Source: Octopus bimaculoides
Taxonomy: Eukaryota
Reading direction: 5' to 3'
DNA: 64,000 bases
Assembly: GCF_001194135.2 (NCBI RefSeq)
Contig: NC_068984.1
Location: 25,314,834 to 25,378,833, forward strand
Part shown: in pieces, positions 24,766 to 39,900 of the stretch
How the letters are laid out: each line of letters opens with the position of its first letter
Numbering within the stretch: the first letter of the stretch is position 1
Program-made: the position numbers and the translations under genes
Notes under the pieces: model-generated
Database searches by the model: none
What the model was told of the DNA's origin: nothing
What the model saw: the letters and a program-made list of their open reading frames with translations, nothing else

Positions 24766-26058
24766 TGTTTTTAATTGATAAATTAACTTTTCAAAATAAG
24801 TTAAATCTGGTTGGTTATCTGTTTAAAATGTTTGTTATAATTAATGAAATTACACATTTCAAGGCATGCTCTGGCCTAAGGCATACATGCTATTTCCTCT
24901 CTTTGTCTATTTTATTGTGACAATAACTTCTGTTCCTTAGAACTGACCAGTTTGTACCTCTTCTATTTTGACAATCCTGCCCTGCTCATCTCTCTCTCTC
25001 TTTCTCTCTCTACTCACCCCTTGGGTATGCATCAACATACACAGTTCTATATGTTCAAACTGTACTACACTTCTGTGTTGTGATATTTATGAGGCAGGTA
25101 GTTAGGGCTATGGCAGAACCGGTAGGATACTAAGACAAACAGTCTAGTAATATTTAGTTATATCCCTTTACATTCTAAGTTCAAATTCTGCTGGTGTTGA
25201 TTTTGTCATCCTCCTGCAGAATATGTGACTCTGGCAAAGTTAAAAATTATTATCATTCTTATTCTCAGAGTCAATAAAAATGTCTTCTTTTCCACACACG
25301 CATATAAAATATCTCTAAATACTTTGTCAAGTTCACTTCAAGTCTTATTTACAATAAAATGAATATATAAAATGTATATTGAAGATCAGATTTATTATGG
25401 TTTACTCTTCAAGTCTTAACCTTGAGTCATAAATAATAATTAATCTAAAACATTCAGAATATCAACTTCTAAGAAATATGAAATGAGTTCTGTGAAATAA
25501 TTAGGTAACCCTCTATGTTCTGGATTTAGACCCCACTGGATAAATATAAAATGAAAAGTAAAATAAATAAGAGTAAAACAGATCATGGTTAGATACTAAG
25601 ATATAAGATTATTGTCAATAACAAGACATCTCTAGCAGAGTCTGTGAAGATACTCTTGTCTGTAGGACAATAACAGCATTCATTAGAAAGTGAAACAAAT
25701 ATTCCTTTATCTATTAGCTTCTGTGGATCTTCTTATTCATTGCTGCTGGCGCCAGATGACGCCAAAGGGCATCTCTGAAAGTTGTTTATTATTTTGGAGA
25801 GAGAGAGAGAGCAGTGATGCTAACCAAAAGAATTCTACATATCAAAGGAGGTAGTATAATATGATTATTTCAAATTGTGTAGAGTACAAATTCAGTGTGA
25901 AAGATTATAAATTTCTCTTTCAAAAAGAATGTAATCTTGAGGTAAAATATTTCTAGGCTACAATTTCTACTGAATCAATTCTCTGACCTGACTTAAGCTG
26001 AGTGTAAATAAATAGTTTTGAAATACAAAGTATGCATAAGGCATTTTGTACTCAATTA

Positions 26059-26315
<257 letters not shown>

Positions 26316-29300
26316 AGAAACAAAAACCATAACTATGGATGTTTTTTCCAGCTAATCTCACACATACAACTTGCAGAAATGTGTGCCTATGTGCATGTTC
26401 TGCATATAAATTATTTCCATGATGGTTTTATTATATTAATATTTTATAGAAATCCTGAAGTCTATACTAATTCCTACATTACAAGTAGAAATGAAACAAT
26501 GTCAGAAGACGGCTGCTGTGAACTTTTTTTTTTTTTTTTTAATGGTTCTAATCCATACACCTCTCAAGTAATATGCTGGCATTAAACAACTGAATTGTTT
26601 AGACCAAATCGCAAGCATTTGAGTAATATATCAGGGCATGTTTATTGAAATATTCACCATCCTGACAAAAGTATGAACAGCTAATTTACAAAGAAACTAT
26701 CACATAAATAGGAAACAAAAACTTTTAAGACAAATGTAAAACAATGACCTTTCATTTCTTAATAAGCATTGGCTGCTGCAGTTCACTCCTTATAATAAAA
26801 ACAAATATATATATACATTTGAACATTTATTACTGGTGCATTAGCAAGATCTTTGAATATCCCACACAATCAGTTAAATATTTTGAAAACATTTACAGTT
26901 TTTGATATTAAAACAGGATAGAGGAGAAGATAGGCAAATGCCAAACCCATTTCACAATGAACAATCACATGGAAGACAAGATGAAGATATAACCTTTCAG
27001 TGACCTTATGTTGGGGCTAACCTTATGTTGAGAAGCCAAAATCTCAGTTAATAACAAAGTAGGTTAATTTCTAGCACTTCAACTCCACCTTACTAATTAG
27101 CAATGACAGAAAAAATAACCAAGTTCAAACACTAGTTGGAAATGTGGCTATATTTTTTCATTGTCTTGAATAATTAAGAAACCACTGCTGACATTTGTTT
27201 TTAAGTCCTCCCACACACACACACACACACACCACCCTCACTAGAAAATAGGCTTCTGAATAAAGTATTGTTCTTTAATCACATCAAGATTACAAATTAC
27301 GAACTGCAGTACCTACTGTTTTGTCTTAGCTGTAACTACAACTCAATAAGCATTCAAAGATTGGATATATTTGTCAGAAAACCATTCCTGAGAGAGAGAG
27401 AGAGAGAGAAATATAAAAGGAAGTTTAGTTCCGACTTGTTATTGATAAATATGGCTCATGGTTATAACTACTGATTCATTCATTCAGTTCTTTAAACTGA
27501 CAGGAAGTTATCTACTTATAGATTTCAGGAATTGAATTTACCATTCCAAACACATATATTCTTCTGAGTGGTTAAACATAAATCTCAAGCTTATTAAAAG
27601 ACATCAGACAATAATTCGGTCTTGATACTGTAAAACATTAACACCAAATAACGGCCAAGTAGATACAATAAGTAACGTGCATATTCAGATTAAAATTGAA
27701 ACCAAAGCAACAACAGCTATAACTAACTGAATGACAATGTCGGCATTACTGGGAGAACAGCTTACAGGAAGAGATGAGAAATGGTGAGGAGGAAGAGAAA
27801 CAAGGTAAATTTGTGGCTTGCTGTACTATCTTTTAATCTTTATCTTTTACTTGTTTCAGTCATTGGACTGTGGCCTTGAAGGGGCTCAGCTGGAAAAAAA
27901 AATCTATTCCGGTACTTTCTTTCTTTGTTACTAGTATTTATACTCTCAATCTCTTTTGACAGACTGTTAAGTTATGGAGGATGTAAACAACCCAGCACCA
28001 GTTGTCAAATGGTAGATGAAGACACACACAGACAAACAATGGGATTCCGCTCAGTTTCTGTCTATCAAATTCACTCACAAGGTATTGGTTGGCCCAGAGC
28101 TATAGTAGAAGACACTTTCCCAAAGAGCCACTCAGAAGGGACAACCTAAAACCATGCTTGCACATAGCCAATATTCACATGTGGACTACATTACTTTTCA
28201 GTTAAGAAGTTCATCCCAATTCACAAATTCTTCAAGATCTACAAAAGTCAATCTAATGTAGATTACTAGTGCTTAATGCATGACATTTACCAAAATTTGT
28301 ATTACATTCCTAATCTGCAGAATTCAGCTGAAACCAAAATCACTTTCCACCAAGGACAGCAATGCTCAGCCAATTTTGAAATGCACCACATCACACAAAC
28401 TGTACTAACATTGTTTATATTCATTCTAAAAGAAATAAGGAAGTCTAATGCAAAAGAGAAACTAATCTATCCCTCTGTCATCCATAATTGTTCTGTTATG
28501 GAATTACAGGCTTTCTGAGCTGTTCATGTTAAAATTTTCAATGGGATGTTGAATTAATTACCCTCATATTTAATTTAGTAGAAAGTTAAACAACAAAAGT
28601 ATCTGAAAATGTATCACAACTAGTGTGCCATGTTAAATAGTTTCGTATTCCTGAGTACCTCATAGAAATGCCCTGACTAGTGTAACCTTCCATATATAAT
28701 GCAATACCAAACTTGTCAGCCACCACTGCCAGTTGTCACCCTGAAATGACCTGATGCCAACACCTGTGTTTTCCTACAGTATTCTGACAGTCTTGAAAGT
28801 TGTCCAGAGCTAGAGTTGATTAATGGACTTGTTTTTGTTGTTGTTGTTTAGCCCCAGGACAGCTTTCTCTGACACAGTTTATCCAGGTTTACATTATTGA
28901 ATGTATACTTTTCTACAATGGAAGATATTGATATGAGAAATATTTAGTTGCTATTTCTGGCAGATCACGCAACCATGTAGAGGTTTTGGACTTTAGAAAA
29001 GAACCTCATGACAATTTTCACTGCATTAAATTCTCTTTCAAATTTTTGTTCATAGATATTTGAAGCAGATCTAAAATTTAGAAAGTGATGAGGTAACTTG
29101 GCATGTAGGCCTCTAGGATGAAACAACCAAGGATGATAAGTGGTAATATGCTGCACAACAAATCTAACTCATACTAGCATGGAAAAATGGACATCAAAGC
29201 TACAACGACAATGACAATGGTGATCATTCCTGACAAAGAGAGAGAGAGAGAGAGAGTGTGTGTGTGTGTGTGCATTCAATTTTCTATGGCTTGATGCCCT

Positions 29301-29499
29301 TCTTGTTGCCAACCACCACTTGTTTGTAAATGAGGTCATAATCATAAGCAACAAACATGTTTACATAAAGAACTGGAAACAACTGACACCATACGAATGA
29401 ACTTGGTTATGCTTTCAGGGTGGGCTATCAGTAAACAACGGTGAGCATATATAATATAATAATGAAAGTGTTGTATGCAATGCTCAGGTGCACTACAAC

Positions 29500-29845
29500 T
29501 TTAAAAAAAAAAAAAAGGCCATCAGGTTGCACTGTTGGCGAATTTCAAGAATCATGGAAGTTTTGGAGGATGTAGTGTCTCGACAGCTAACAACTGACGC
29601 AGGTAGTTTATTCCATGCTTCAGCAATTCTCAGCGTGAAAAAAATGTTTCCAAAAGTCAAGGGTGCTGTCTTATTTTTTGATTTTAAAAGCATGTCCGCG
29701 AGTGTTTGTCATATGGAATTCAAAATTCAAAAAAGTGCTCAAGGTTGTTGTAGTTGGAAAGATGGTGGATAATCTTGTGGATGTCTATCAAGTTAGTTGC
29801 CAGATGTCTGAGCTTCAATATGTGAAGACAAAGGAATTGCAAACT
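29500..29845 (-). mobile_element. CR1/L2-type LINE ORF2 C-terminus relic
   Basis: Minus: LKLRHLATNLIDIHKIIHH...NTRGHAFKIKK*DSTLDFWKHFF, frameshift, LRIAEAWNKLPASVVSC. Matches L..RR...DLI..YKI / TRGH..K / FF..RV...WN.LP..VV. Confidence 0.8.
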
Positions 29846-30655
29846 CACTCACACACAGATATACTCTGTAAAATAGAGTGGCATTAGCAACGGTGTCCAG
29901 GTGTAGAAACCAAGCCAAAGCAGACATGGCTTGGCATAGTCTTCTGACCGACCAGCTCCCACTGAATTGTCCAACCCACACCAGCAGGGAAGACAGATGT
30001 GAAATGATGGTGGTAGTGGTGATGATGATGATGACCTGTGTGTGTGCGTGTGTGCAGATGGGGACGGATGGGGACACACAAACACATACATATGAATATG
30101 ATGATCTTTCAGTCTCTATTGACCAACTCCGCTTACAAGGCTTTAGTGAGCCCATGACTATAGTAGGAGACACTTGGCCAACATGCCACAGTAGGACTGA
30201 ACCAAGAACCATGTGGTTGAAAAGTGAACATCATAACTACAGATACCCTTTTCAATCAGCAGAAACAATCAGTATAAAATTAAGATTGATATTGTAATTG
30301 TTATTCTGAATTTACTCCGATCCGAACAAGTTTATGCATACAGATTAGCTGACTCAAAGATTTTAAAGTAACTCTCAAAGTCAAAATATAAGACATTTTT
30401 CGTTTTTTTTTTCTTTTTCTTTTCTTTTTTATTCCATTTAAAATACATTCTGTAGTAACTAGTAATTTTATCCATACTGGTAATCTGAAATTAATTGAAA
30501 CGCTTAAATACCACATGAATAAATAGTCTAGCTTGCCATCATATCACCATATAACCAAAACACCATCAGACTTAAAGATTATAAAACACTTGCTAAAAGC
30601 AACATTACACAAGAGATTGTATAAATATTCTCAAAACTAGATTCTAGATTCTTAT

Positions 30656-30691
<36 letters not shown>

Positions 30692-31321
30692 AGAAAGAGA
30701 GAGATAAAAGGAGGGGTGAGAGAAAGAGAGAGGGGAATTTCAATTTCTTTAAAATTTCCATTTTAGTGAAATAATTAACCATGCATAAAAATGATTTCTG
30801 AAGAGAGTCCACAAAAATTCTCAATTTCTATTAACTTTTTCTTATGTAAATCAATTTAATTTCATATAATTTAAAAGAGGTGGGAAATAGAATATATTTC
30901 AGTTCTGTAAATATCTATCTTAACTAAGACAGTTTATAAGAAAAACAGAAAGTTAATACTTTGTATTAACATCAACATTTGAACTGGAAGAAACTGATAC
31001 GTTAATAAATAAATTTTCTTGCAATAAAATTCATTTTACTTTTGAAACTGAGTGATTATGAAAAATTATTAAACACATATCTTAAATAATGCATTTCTCT
31101 TGTTTTAAATAACTAAAAATTTACATCTTTATCATCTTATGTTAATAGCCATAGCTGTCAATTCTCACTCAGTGTCTTTACAGATAGCTTATTCAGCAGA
31201 AATACTAACTGGTTAACAAATAATTCTTAGGTTTCTATTCATACAGCGACTAGTTGTTTTATGGCTCACTTTACTGATGTCAGCTTAACAAAAATCAGTA
31301 ACTTTATTTAAAATGATGTTA

Positions 31322-31724
31322 TAATGGTTTCAAATTTTGGCACAGAGCCAGCAGTTTTTGAGGGTGGGGAGTCAATTAAATCCACCCCAGTACTTGATAG
31401 GTTCTTATTTTATTGACCCAAAAAAGGATGAAAGGTAGCAAAGTCAACTTTGGTGGAATATGGATTCATAATGTAAAGATAGATGAAATGCTACTAAGCA
31501 TTTTGTCGAAGCAGCATTTTGAATTCAATAAAAAAAATAATAGCAATAATGATAATGATTTCAAATTTTGGCACAAGGCCAGCAATTTCGGGGGAGGGGG
31601 TAAGTTGATTACATTTATTACCACCATCACCCGAGTGCTTAACTGTTACTTTATTTTATCAACTGCAAAGGGAGGAAAGGCAATGTTGAGCTCAGCAGGA
31701 TTTGAACTCAGAATGTAAAGAGCC

Positions 31725-31765
<41 letters not shown>

Positions 31766-32200
31766 TTTCAAATTTTGGCACAAAGCCAGCAATTTCAGAG
31801 GAGGGGTAAGTCAATTATATCGACCCCAGTGCTTACTGGTTCTTAGTTTTTTTTTCAATCCTGAAAGGATGAAAGGCAAAGTTGACCTCGGCAGAATTTG
31901 AACTCGGAACGTAAAGAGCTGGAAAAAAATGTCATTAAGCCTTTTGTCCAACATGGAAGCCATTCTGCCAGCTTGCTGCCTTCAATAACATTGATGATGG
32001 TTTTCCTGTTTAAGGCAAAAGGCCTAGAATTAAGGGGAGGGGTTTAGCTGATACTATTGATCCCAGCATTTTTATTTTATTTGATGTTAACAACCCCCGG
32101 ACGGGTGAAAGGCAAAGTTGGCCTCAGTAGGATTTTAATTTCATTTTATTGACCTGAGAGAAATAAAAAGCAAAATCAACCTCTAGCAAAATTTTAATTC
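31322..32200 (-). mobile_element. Four head-to-tail SINE family A copies
   Basis: ttcaaattttggcaca-type 3' ends at ~31330, ~31560, ~31768 and ~32005, separated by (AAT)n-like tails. Confidence 0.75.
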
Positions 32201-34732
32201 GAAACCTAAAATATCATAAATATGACATGCTATTGAGAAAAGAGAATTAGGATCAGGAGAAAAAAAACACTTGCATATCTTTCTTGGAGTCTTGTATAAA
32301 AATAAGAAGGAGGACAGATCAGCACCTAAAGTTACAAGTCATCTTCAAACATCTGTCATACCAAATGAAGATAAAAGCACTCTAGAAATAGCATAAGTTT
32401 TAATAAATGTATATTCTCTCTTATATAAACACAAACTTGATTTTGCATTTTACTCTAATCTATGAATGGCTAAAATGTTAAATTCAACTAAAACTTTGCA
32501 AAAAAAAAAATAGAAAAGAAAAGATGCCATGCTTTTATTTCATTATCCAGAACACTTCACATAAAACAGACACCCAACAAAAAATAGTGTATGCATGTTA
32601 TAGTGAGCTTATGTGAAATTACTTTCAAATAACTTTATTGACCTACAAAAAAATGTGTTGAATGCTCAACCCTTCTTCCTCTCCTCTCCCCTCTCTCTCT
32701 CTCTCAGCTGTTGTGTCAATAGGAAACAAAATTTAGAATTTACATCTGAAAAATATAAAATATCACAGTCACTGGGATGGGGGAATCCATTTATTGGTAT
32801 TTTAATCCTCATATAGCAAAGTATGACATATTTTATAACTTAGGTTTAAACCATTTTGTCTGACAATACATACAGTCACAGTTCTTATCTCGTCTGCATA
32901 CAGTAGGAAACGGAGAAGAAACAACAGAATTGGTTACCAGTATCTTTTATCTTTTACTTGTTTCAGTTATTGGATTGCAGCTATGCTGGGACATAGCCTT
33001 GAGTACAGATATAACTACTAATGAATGACAAATATTTTGACAAAATAAATAAATATCTGATGTTACGAGATCCAGGAGCAATCTTGTCAAAGAGAAATAA
33101 TTGTGTTAATCACCTTCAGTACATATTCCTGGAACTGAGATGGAAGATATTCAATGTAAATAAACAAGCTACATCAATTACAATTAAAATTAATTGATTC
33201 TAATTTAGGTGCAATGCCAACAATTTGGAGGAAGGGGCCAATCAATTACATAAGCACCCAATATTTGACTAGTATTCTATTTTGTAGACCACTGATGGAA
33301 GAAAAGCAAAATTGCCCACAGTAGGAAAGCTTTGCCTTTCATTCCCTCTGGGAAATTGAACTCGGAAAACAATGCCAGGAAAAATAATACCACTAAGCAT
33401 TTTGCTCAGCATGCTAACAATTCAACCAATCCACTGCAATAATAATAGGAAATCAACATACCATCATGAAAGAAAGAAAAAGGGTTGATAAATATGGAGA
33501 CCTGAGAATTGAGATCACTAAGATGTGGCAGCTATGAGAGTCAAACACAAAGATTGTCTCTATTGTCATCAGAGCACCCAATGAAGAAAATGAATGACAC
33601 TGCTTATATGACAGTGATACTCATTTACAACTATCAGCCAAGTCAATTCAAGGAGGGTGGGAGAGAAACACACACACACACAATGGGCTTCTTTCAGTTT
33701 CCATCGATAAAATCTACTTACAAGATTTTGGTTGGTCAGGTGTTCTTTCTAAAAAAATAAGCATATCAAACATTAAAGAGGAGAATGGGAGAACTTAGTT
33801 ATTTCCTTACTGGACAAAATATTGAAATTCAGTATCAGAAGAAAGATTTGAACACATGACCCTTTAATAAAAGGGTATATTGTACTTTGTAGAGCTATAT
33901 AGAAATATATATTAATAAGTGTCAGTTTTCTCATGATTTCTGAGATATTAATTCAAGAAAACATCATCAAATCATGAGAAATATGATTAAGGGAATTGAA
34001 ATGAGGAAAATTATTGGAAACATAATATAACATTAACAAAACAAATAATAATGAAAAGGTAACAATTTTACATGGATACAATAGATCATAATTTTGATTT
34101 ATAACACCTTCCCAAACAGATAAATTGTAACTTACGTATGCAAATATAAAAACAACTCAACATATACACACTTACATAATATTACAATACATACACAAAC
34201 ACACATATATGTAAAACAGAGACAAACACAGACATATGACTAACATTTTATTTCATATAAACATATATATTAATATAAACATGAATTTATTATATAAGTG
34301 CTATAAACACTTTATCATCTTTATTTTGGCAACAGTTCATTAATCACCCAGATACTAACCTTCATACACACACATACACGTAAATGCATGCACACACACA
34401 CTTGCATACACACATACACTCACGTGCACACACACACACACTTGCATGCACACATACACTCATATGCACACATACAATGGTTGATTAGTTTCTGTAAGTG
34501 TCCAAAACTATTGAGAAACCTAATAAGCTAGGTTACTATTTTTTTCCTATTTAATCCGTCTAAATTAATAACGGAGACATTTTAAATGTATTATTCGATA
34601 ATAAGTTGGAGAGGCCAGGGTAAATATTAATAGTTTTGCAGACTCCTTTATACACCAACTAATAATAATATAGAAATAAGATAAATCTTCACATATGCAT
34701 TCATCCTGAAACGTTCTTGTTTGGAGACAGAC

Positions 34733-34782
<50 letters not shown>

Positions 34783-35188
34783 NNNNNNNNNNNNNNNNNN
34801 NNNNNNNNNNNNNNNNNNNNNNNNNNNNNNNNNNNNNNNNNNNNNNNNNNNNNNNNNNNNNNNNNNNNNNNNNNNNNNNNNNNNNNNNNNNNNNNNNNNN
34901 NNNNNNNNNNNNNNNNNNNNNNNNNNNNNNNNNNNNNNNNNNNNNNNNNNNNNNNNNNNNNNNNNNNNNNNNNNNNNNNNNNNNNNNNNNNNNNNNNNNN
35001 NNNNNNNNNNNNNNNNNNNNNNNNNNNNNNNNNNNNNNNNNNNNNNNNNNNNNNNNNNNNNNNNNNNNNNNNNNNNNNNNNNNNNNNNNNNNNNNNNNNN
35101 NNNNNNNNNNNNNNNNNNNNNNNNNNNNNNNNNNNNNNNNNNNNNNNNNNNNNNNNNNNNNNNNNNNNNNNNNNNNNNNNNNNNNNNN
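34783..35188. other. Assembly gap (N run)
   Basis: Other gaps at 10670-10723, 39304-39669, 42672-42687 and 51380-51555. Confidence 1.
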
Positions 35189-35238
35189 ATTGTAGTTTGT
35201 TAACTGCTCTGGTTCCTTTTTCAATTCATTTTGAAAAA

Positions 35239-35519
35239 GTTGCCAGTACCCCTGGACTGGCCCTTGTGCAGGTGGCATGTAAAATGCACCATTTCGAGTG
35301 TGGCCGTTGTCAGTCACCCATCTGACTGGCCCTCGTGCCGGTGGCATGTAAAAGCACCCACTACACTCTCGGAGTGGTTGGCATTAGGAAGGGCATCCAG
35401 CTGTAGAAACTTTGCCAAATCAGATTGGAGCCTGGTGTCGCCTCCTGGTCCACCAGTCCTCAGTCAAATCGTCCAACCCAAGCAGACGTTAAACGATGAC
35501 GACGATGATGATGATGATT
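35239..35519 (+). mobile_element. RTE-type 3' tail with internal tandem duplication
   Basis: Two actggccc(t/c)tgtgc..gtggcatgtaaaa.gcacc units followed by the shared tail and (GAT)n. Confidence 0.75.
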
Positions 35520-35720
35520 TCTGTTGAAATACACTGCCTTTGTTACAATTAATTTTGAGACTAATGAAAAATTCAGTAACTCTATCATTAAGCTGGTCTT
35601 GAGAACACAAATTAATGTGAAATTTTAATGAGAGGTTTCAATTTAGATCACTTTAAAACAGGAAGTATGTATTTTACAACCAAGGGTAATCTCAGGCAGA
35701 GTGGTATTAAATGGGCTAAG
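35519..35720. mobile_element. Partial TTAA-type MITE (same family as 16811-17419)
   Basis: tttctgttgaaatacactgcctttg...tttagatcactttaaaacaggaag...aaccaagggtaatctcagg. Confidence 0.6.
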
Positions 35721-36655
35721 CTTAAACAAACTTAATAAAGAGATAATCACATCTGAACTGCAATCAAAACTATCTTTAAATAAATCTGAGGAAACATCAG
35801 TACCAAAACTTAAGATCTAAGAACAAAATGCTAAACTATTCAATTATAAAGTCACATTAATACTCTTTACTGAAAAGTCAAACTAGACCCAGCTCGCATG
35901 TTAAACTATTTTAATTAATTAGTTAAGCATTTTTTTTTTAAAGTTAAAACCATTTGCTATTTGATATGTATAAGCATATGCTAAAAGGAAATACATGAAG
36001 CATTAACAGTTGGGTCTGAACTTACGTTACATGGCAAGAACTGCTTATGTCAAACAAAAACTTTTGAGAGTGAAAGACTAGCTTCAAAGATATATAAATG
36101 ATGAAATTTGCAGATCTGTCCAACTTAAACTAGAACTGAAATTAAAGATAAAATGCCTGATTGCAAAGCCAAGAAATGCTTAATAGGCACAGGCAAGGCA
36201 GTGTGGTAAAAAGTTTGCTTCCCAATCACATGGTTCTAGATTCAGACCCAACTAAACTCTTGAGTGGATTTGGTCGGCAGAAATTGAAAGAAGCCCATCA
36301 TGCAGTGAGAGAGAGAGAGAGAGAGAGAGAGTAAGTATGTATGTGTATGTGTGAACGTGCAATATATATACATATGTATGTATGTATACATCTATGTGCA
36401 TCTTTGTGTTTGTCCCCCACCACTGCTCAAAAACTGGTGTTGGTTTCTTTGCGTCCTTGTAGCTTGGTGGTTCAGCATAAGAGACTGATAGAATAAGTGG
36501 CAGGTTTAAAAATAAGTACTGAAGTCAATTTGTTTGACTAATCCCTTCAAGACCATACCGCAACATAATTGCAGTCCAATGACTGAAATAAGAACACTGT
36601 TTGACAGATCATTAAAAATTATCTTTTCTATAAAATAGTTACAATATCTATTGCC

Positions 36656-36910
36656 GTGACCCGACTTTTCGTCCAATGTCACTTTGTCCAACGTCACTTC
36701 GTCCATGTCTTTTGGTCCAAAGTCTTTTTGTCTGATGATCTTTTTTAATTTTTGTCCAATAAACTCTTTAGAAAACAAGGTGAACATCAAAATCAAATAA
36801 TCATTGAGAATTTTACTGATAGGATTTGTCGTCTGACAAAAAAGTCATCAGACAAAAAGACATGAACGAAAAGACATTTGATAAAGTGACGTCCGACAAA
36901 AACACAGCAC
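36656..36910. mobile_element. Fold-back DNA element with ~15-bp tandem units in inverted arms
   Basis: Left arm ttcgtccaatgtcac/tttgtccaacgtcac/ttcgtccatgtctt/...tttgtctgatga; right arm tcatcagacaaaaag/acatgaacgaaaag/...acgtccgacaaaaac. Confidence 0.65.
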
Positions 36911-39900
36911 CATCTATTACAGACATAAATATCAGTTAGATCTTCAGTAACTAAACATACATTTCAGAAAAGCAGTTCCAGTGATCCAAAATCTATTACC
37001 TTTTGGAAGAAATTAAAACACTAAACTAGCTCTATTACCATTCCTTCCATCTATTTTGTTATCAAAATTAAGCAATTTCTCCAATCTTCTGAAAAACTGC
37101 CAGTCTTAGAAATCCCTTGCCTGATTAGATTTCCCTAACCACAAATTATAGTTAAACTGCAGAAATTCAAGAGACAGTTTAACACATTTTTATCATTCTT
37201 TACATAGTATCCAGAACTATTCGCTCTATGTTTATCTAACAAGTCATTCTGCCTGCTTGACAGCAAATCCAATTAATTTGTTTGTAAATTCAATGAGTTA
37301 GGCTTGAACAGGTCAAGATCATGATAGAAGTATGTTTGATTAATTCTACCTGCATTTACTAACTCTTCTCAAAAGCCTATAAAATCTTTTAGTTTGGCAA
37401 AACAATCAATTCTCTTGCAATTTAGGGTGTAACGCTAAGGTATTAAGCTGTGTCTCTAGGGTATTGCTAGTTAAGTTCTAGCAACAATTGTTTGTCTGAA
37501 TGCAACAACTAAATCACATATTGAATTCTTTGATAAAAGCTGCAATTTGTCTTTGAATTCCATCCTTTCCAGCATTAACTTAATCATCATAGTAAAGCAA
37601 TATTTAATTGAATGTGAACTTGCAACAAAATTCAATTCTAAGCTGTAATTCATGAATAACACAATATTAAATCTGAAATATATATAACTGTCTTGGATAT
37701 ATAATTGATCTCATTAAATGAATCATTTCATCTGTCAAGTAAATTTTTATTCCTTATGGAGATGTAGTTTGATAACGAAAAATGTAAGTCTGAACAGAGG
37801 GTTTCTTAACATTAAGAGAGAGAGAGGGAAGGAAAACCTGGTGAGAAGGGTGGAGGATAACTGCAAGAAACACAAAAAGGTAGAAGAATAAAAGAGAGGT
37901 GGGGTGGGGGGAGACAGGAAAAAGGAAACGTGGAAAAGTGAAAAAGAGAGGGAGTATAACAGAAAACAATATTTGGAAAGGAAAAGTAACTGAAATATTT
38001 TTAAATGGCCCTTAAAAGAGTTTAATCATAAATTATTTCTTATTATATTCTCCTGCAAGCTACTTTAGAAGACCATCAAATGGACAATTAATCCTAGAGG
38101 GAGAAAGCTTAGAAATGGAAAAGACACACACACACTAAACAGCACAACAAGAATATCCATTCTATTGAATTCCTGATCAATATTTTCATGAATGGATGCA
38201 AACTGCAGACATAACAAAAGAAGCGCTCTCAAAGATATCTCCTATCACAAACTTCACCAAGTCTAAAATATTTGGTACGGAAATTGATAGAAAGATAGAG
38301 AAAGAAGCTTGCTAGATTTTAATATCTTCTTTAAAAACGTATTTATTTATTTCTTTTTCATCTTACTCATTAATAGATTTGTAAAATGGGAAAAAGAGAG
38401 AGAGAGAAATAGGTCTTCTATCAGAAAAATATTATTTTAAAGGAAAATTATATACAAAGCTTTAAAAATGTGGAGCTAGCAAAAAAAGCTTAAATAAATC
38501 AATAACAGAAGAAAAAATTAGGATATTTAAATTATTGAAATGACAAACGTTTAATTTACATTAAATATTATAAGCATTCTTATATCTAACACATACATGG
38601 AGAAGAGAGATAAATTGTTTAAAAAAAAAAAGGCCCAAGAAAACATTAAATAGCTTAATACAACTGAGTAGAAGTCGCAATTTACTTTGAAAAAAGTAAA
38701 ATGGAGAGAAATCGACAGATGATAAATTTCAAAATATTTGTGTGTGTATGTGTGAGCATCTATATACTCTGATATTCTGAAACAATTTCCTACGGATTCT
38801 GAGTACGTAAAGAAGGCTTAACTTAATATACATTCATAAGCAATTTTATCTGCTTGGGTCTAAATGGGACGAGGCAGTTGAATAGGAATAAAAAAGAAAG
38901 AAAAAATCTAAGAAATGGTGCAAATATTTTGTAGAAATTCTGTATTTTCATTTGCAATGATGAAAAAAGAAAAAAAATGGTTTTTATTGTCATAACTCCA
39001 CAAATACATGAGATAATCTATATAATTTAATGACAAGAAATACAATAAGGAAAATATTAACAAAGTGCTTAGCCTATTGTCAAAACAGGGAGCTAAATTT
39101 ACAACAGTAAGATAGGGTTTACATGATCATATTGATGTTCACTTCATAGAGATGAGAGCATTGATCTCGTATAATCTTAACAGAGAGCCCACACTATTAC
39201 GAAATGAGAAAACCAAGAATGTGCAAGGCTTTTTGCAGCCCCTACTTCCATTAATTAATCAGTCCACATCAGTGCAACAAACCAAGCATGAGATATAATG
39301 AATNNNNNNNNNNNNNNNNNNNNNNNNNNNNNNNNNNNNNNNNNNNNNNNNNNNNNNNNNNNNNNNNNNNNNNNNNNNNNNNNNNNNNNNNNNNNNNNNN
39401 NNNNNNNNNNNNNNNNNNNNNNNNNNNNNNNNNNNNNNNNNNNNNNNNNNNNNNNNNNNNNNNNNNNNNNNNNNNNNNNNNNNNNNNNNNNNNNNNNNNN
39501 NNNNNNNNNNNNNNNNNNNNNNNNNNNNNNNNNNNNNNNNNNNNNNNNNNNNNNNNNNNNNNNNNNNNNNNNNNNNNNNNNNNNNNNNNNNNNNNNNNNN
39601 NNNNNNNNNNNNNNNNNNNNNNNNNNNNNNNNNNNNNNNNNNNNNNNNNNNNNNNNNNNNNNNNNNNNNGAGGAGGAGATTTAAAAAATTAATTGGATTC
39701 AAAGAAGTTTCTGAAATTGTGTGTTAATGCTAAAGCAACAGATAATTCATCTGCACACCCCTCCCCTCCTCCTGCTCCCAAAAAAAGACTTGAATATCCC
39801 CTGCCTAATTTGATATGAATTTTAAGTTATTGAAGCTGATACTTAGTAGCAGATTAGTGGCATTAAGCATGGAAGCAGAGGGAACTGATAGACTGAATAG

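Noticed and set aside
34565-35347. Longest ORFs in the track (also 39259-39702 and 51342-51611)
   Set aside because: Open only because they cross N-gaps.
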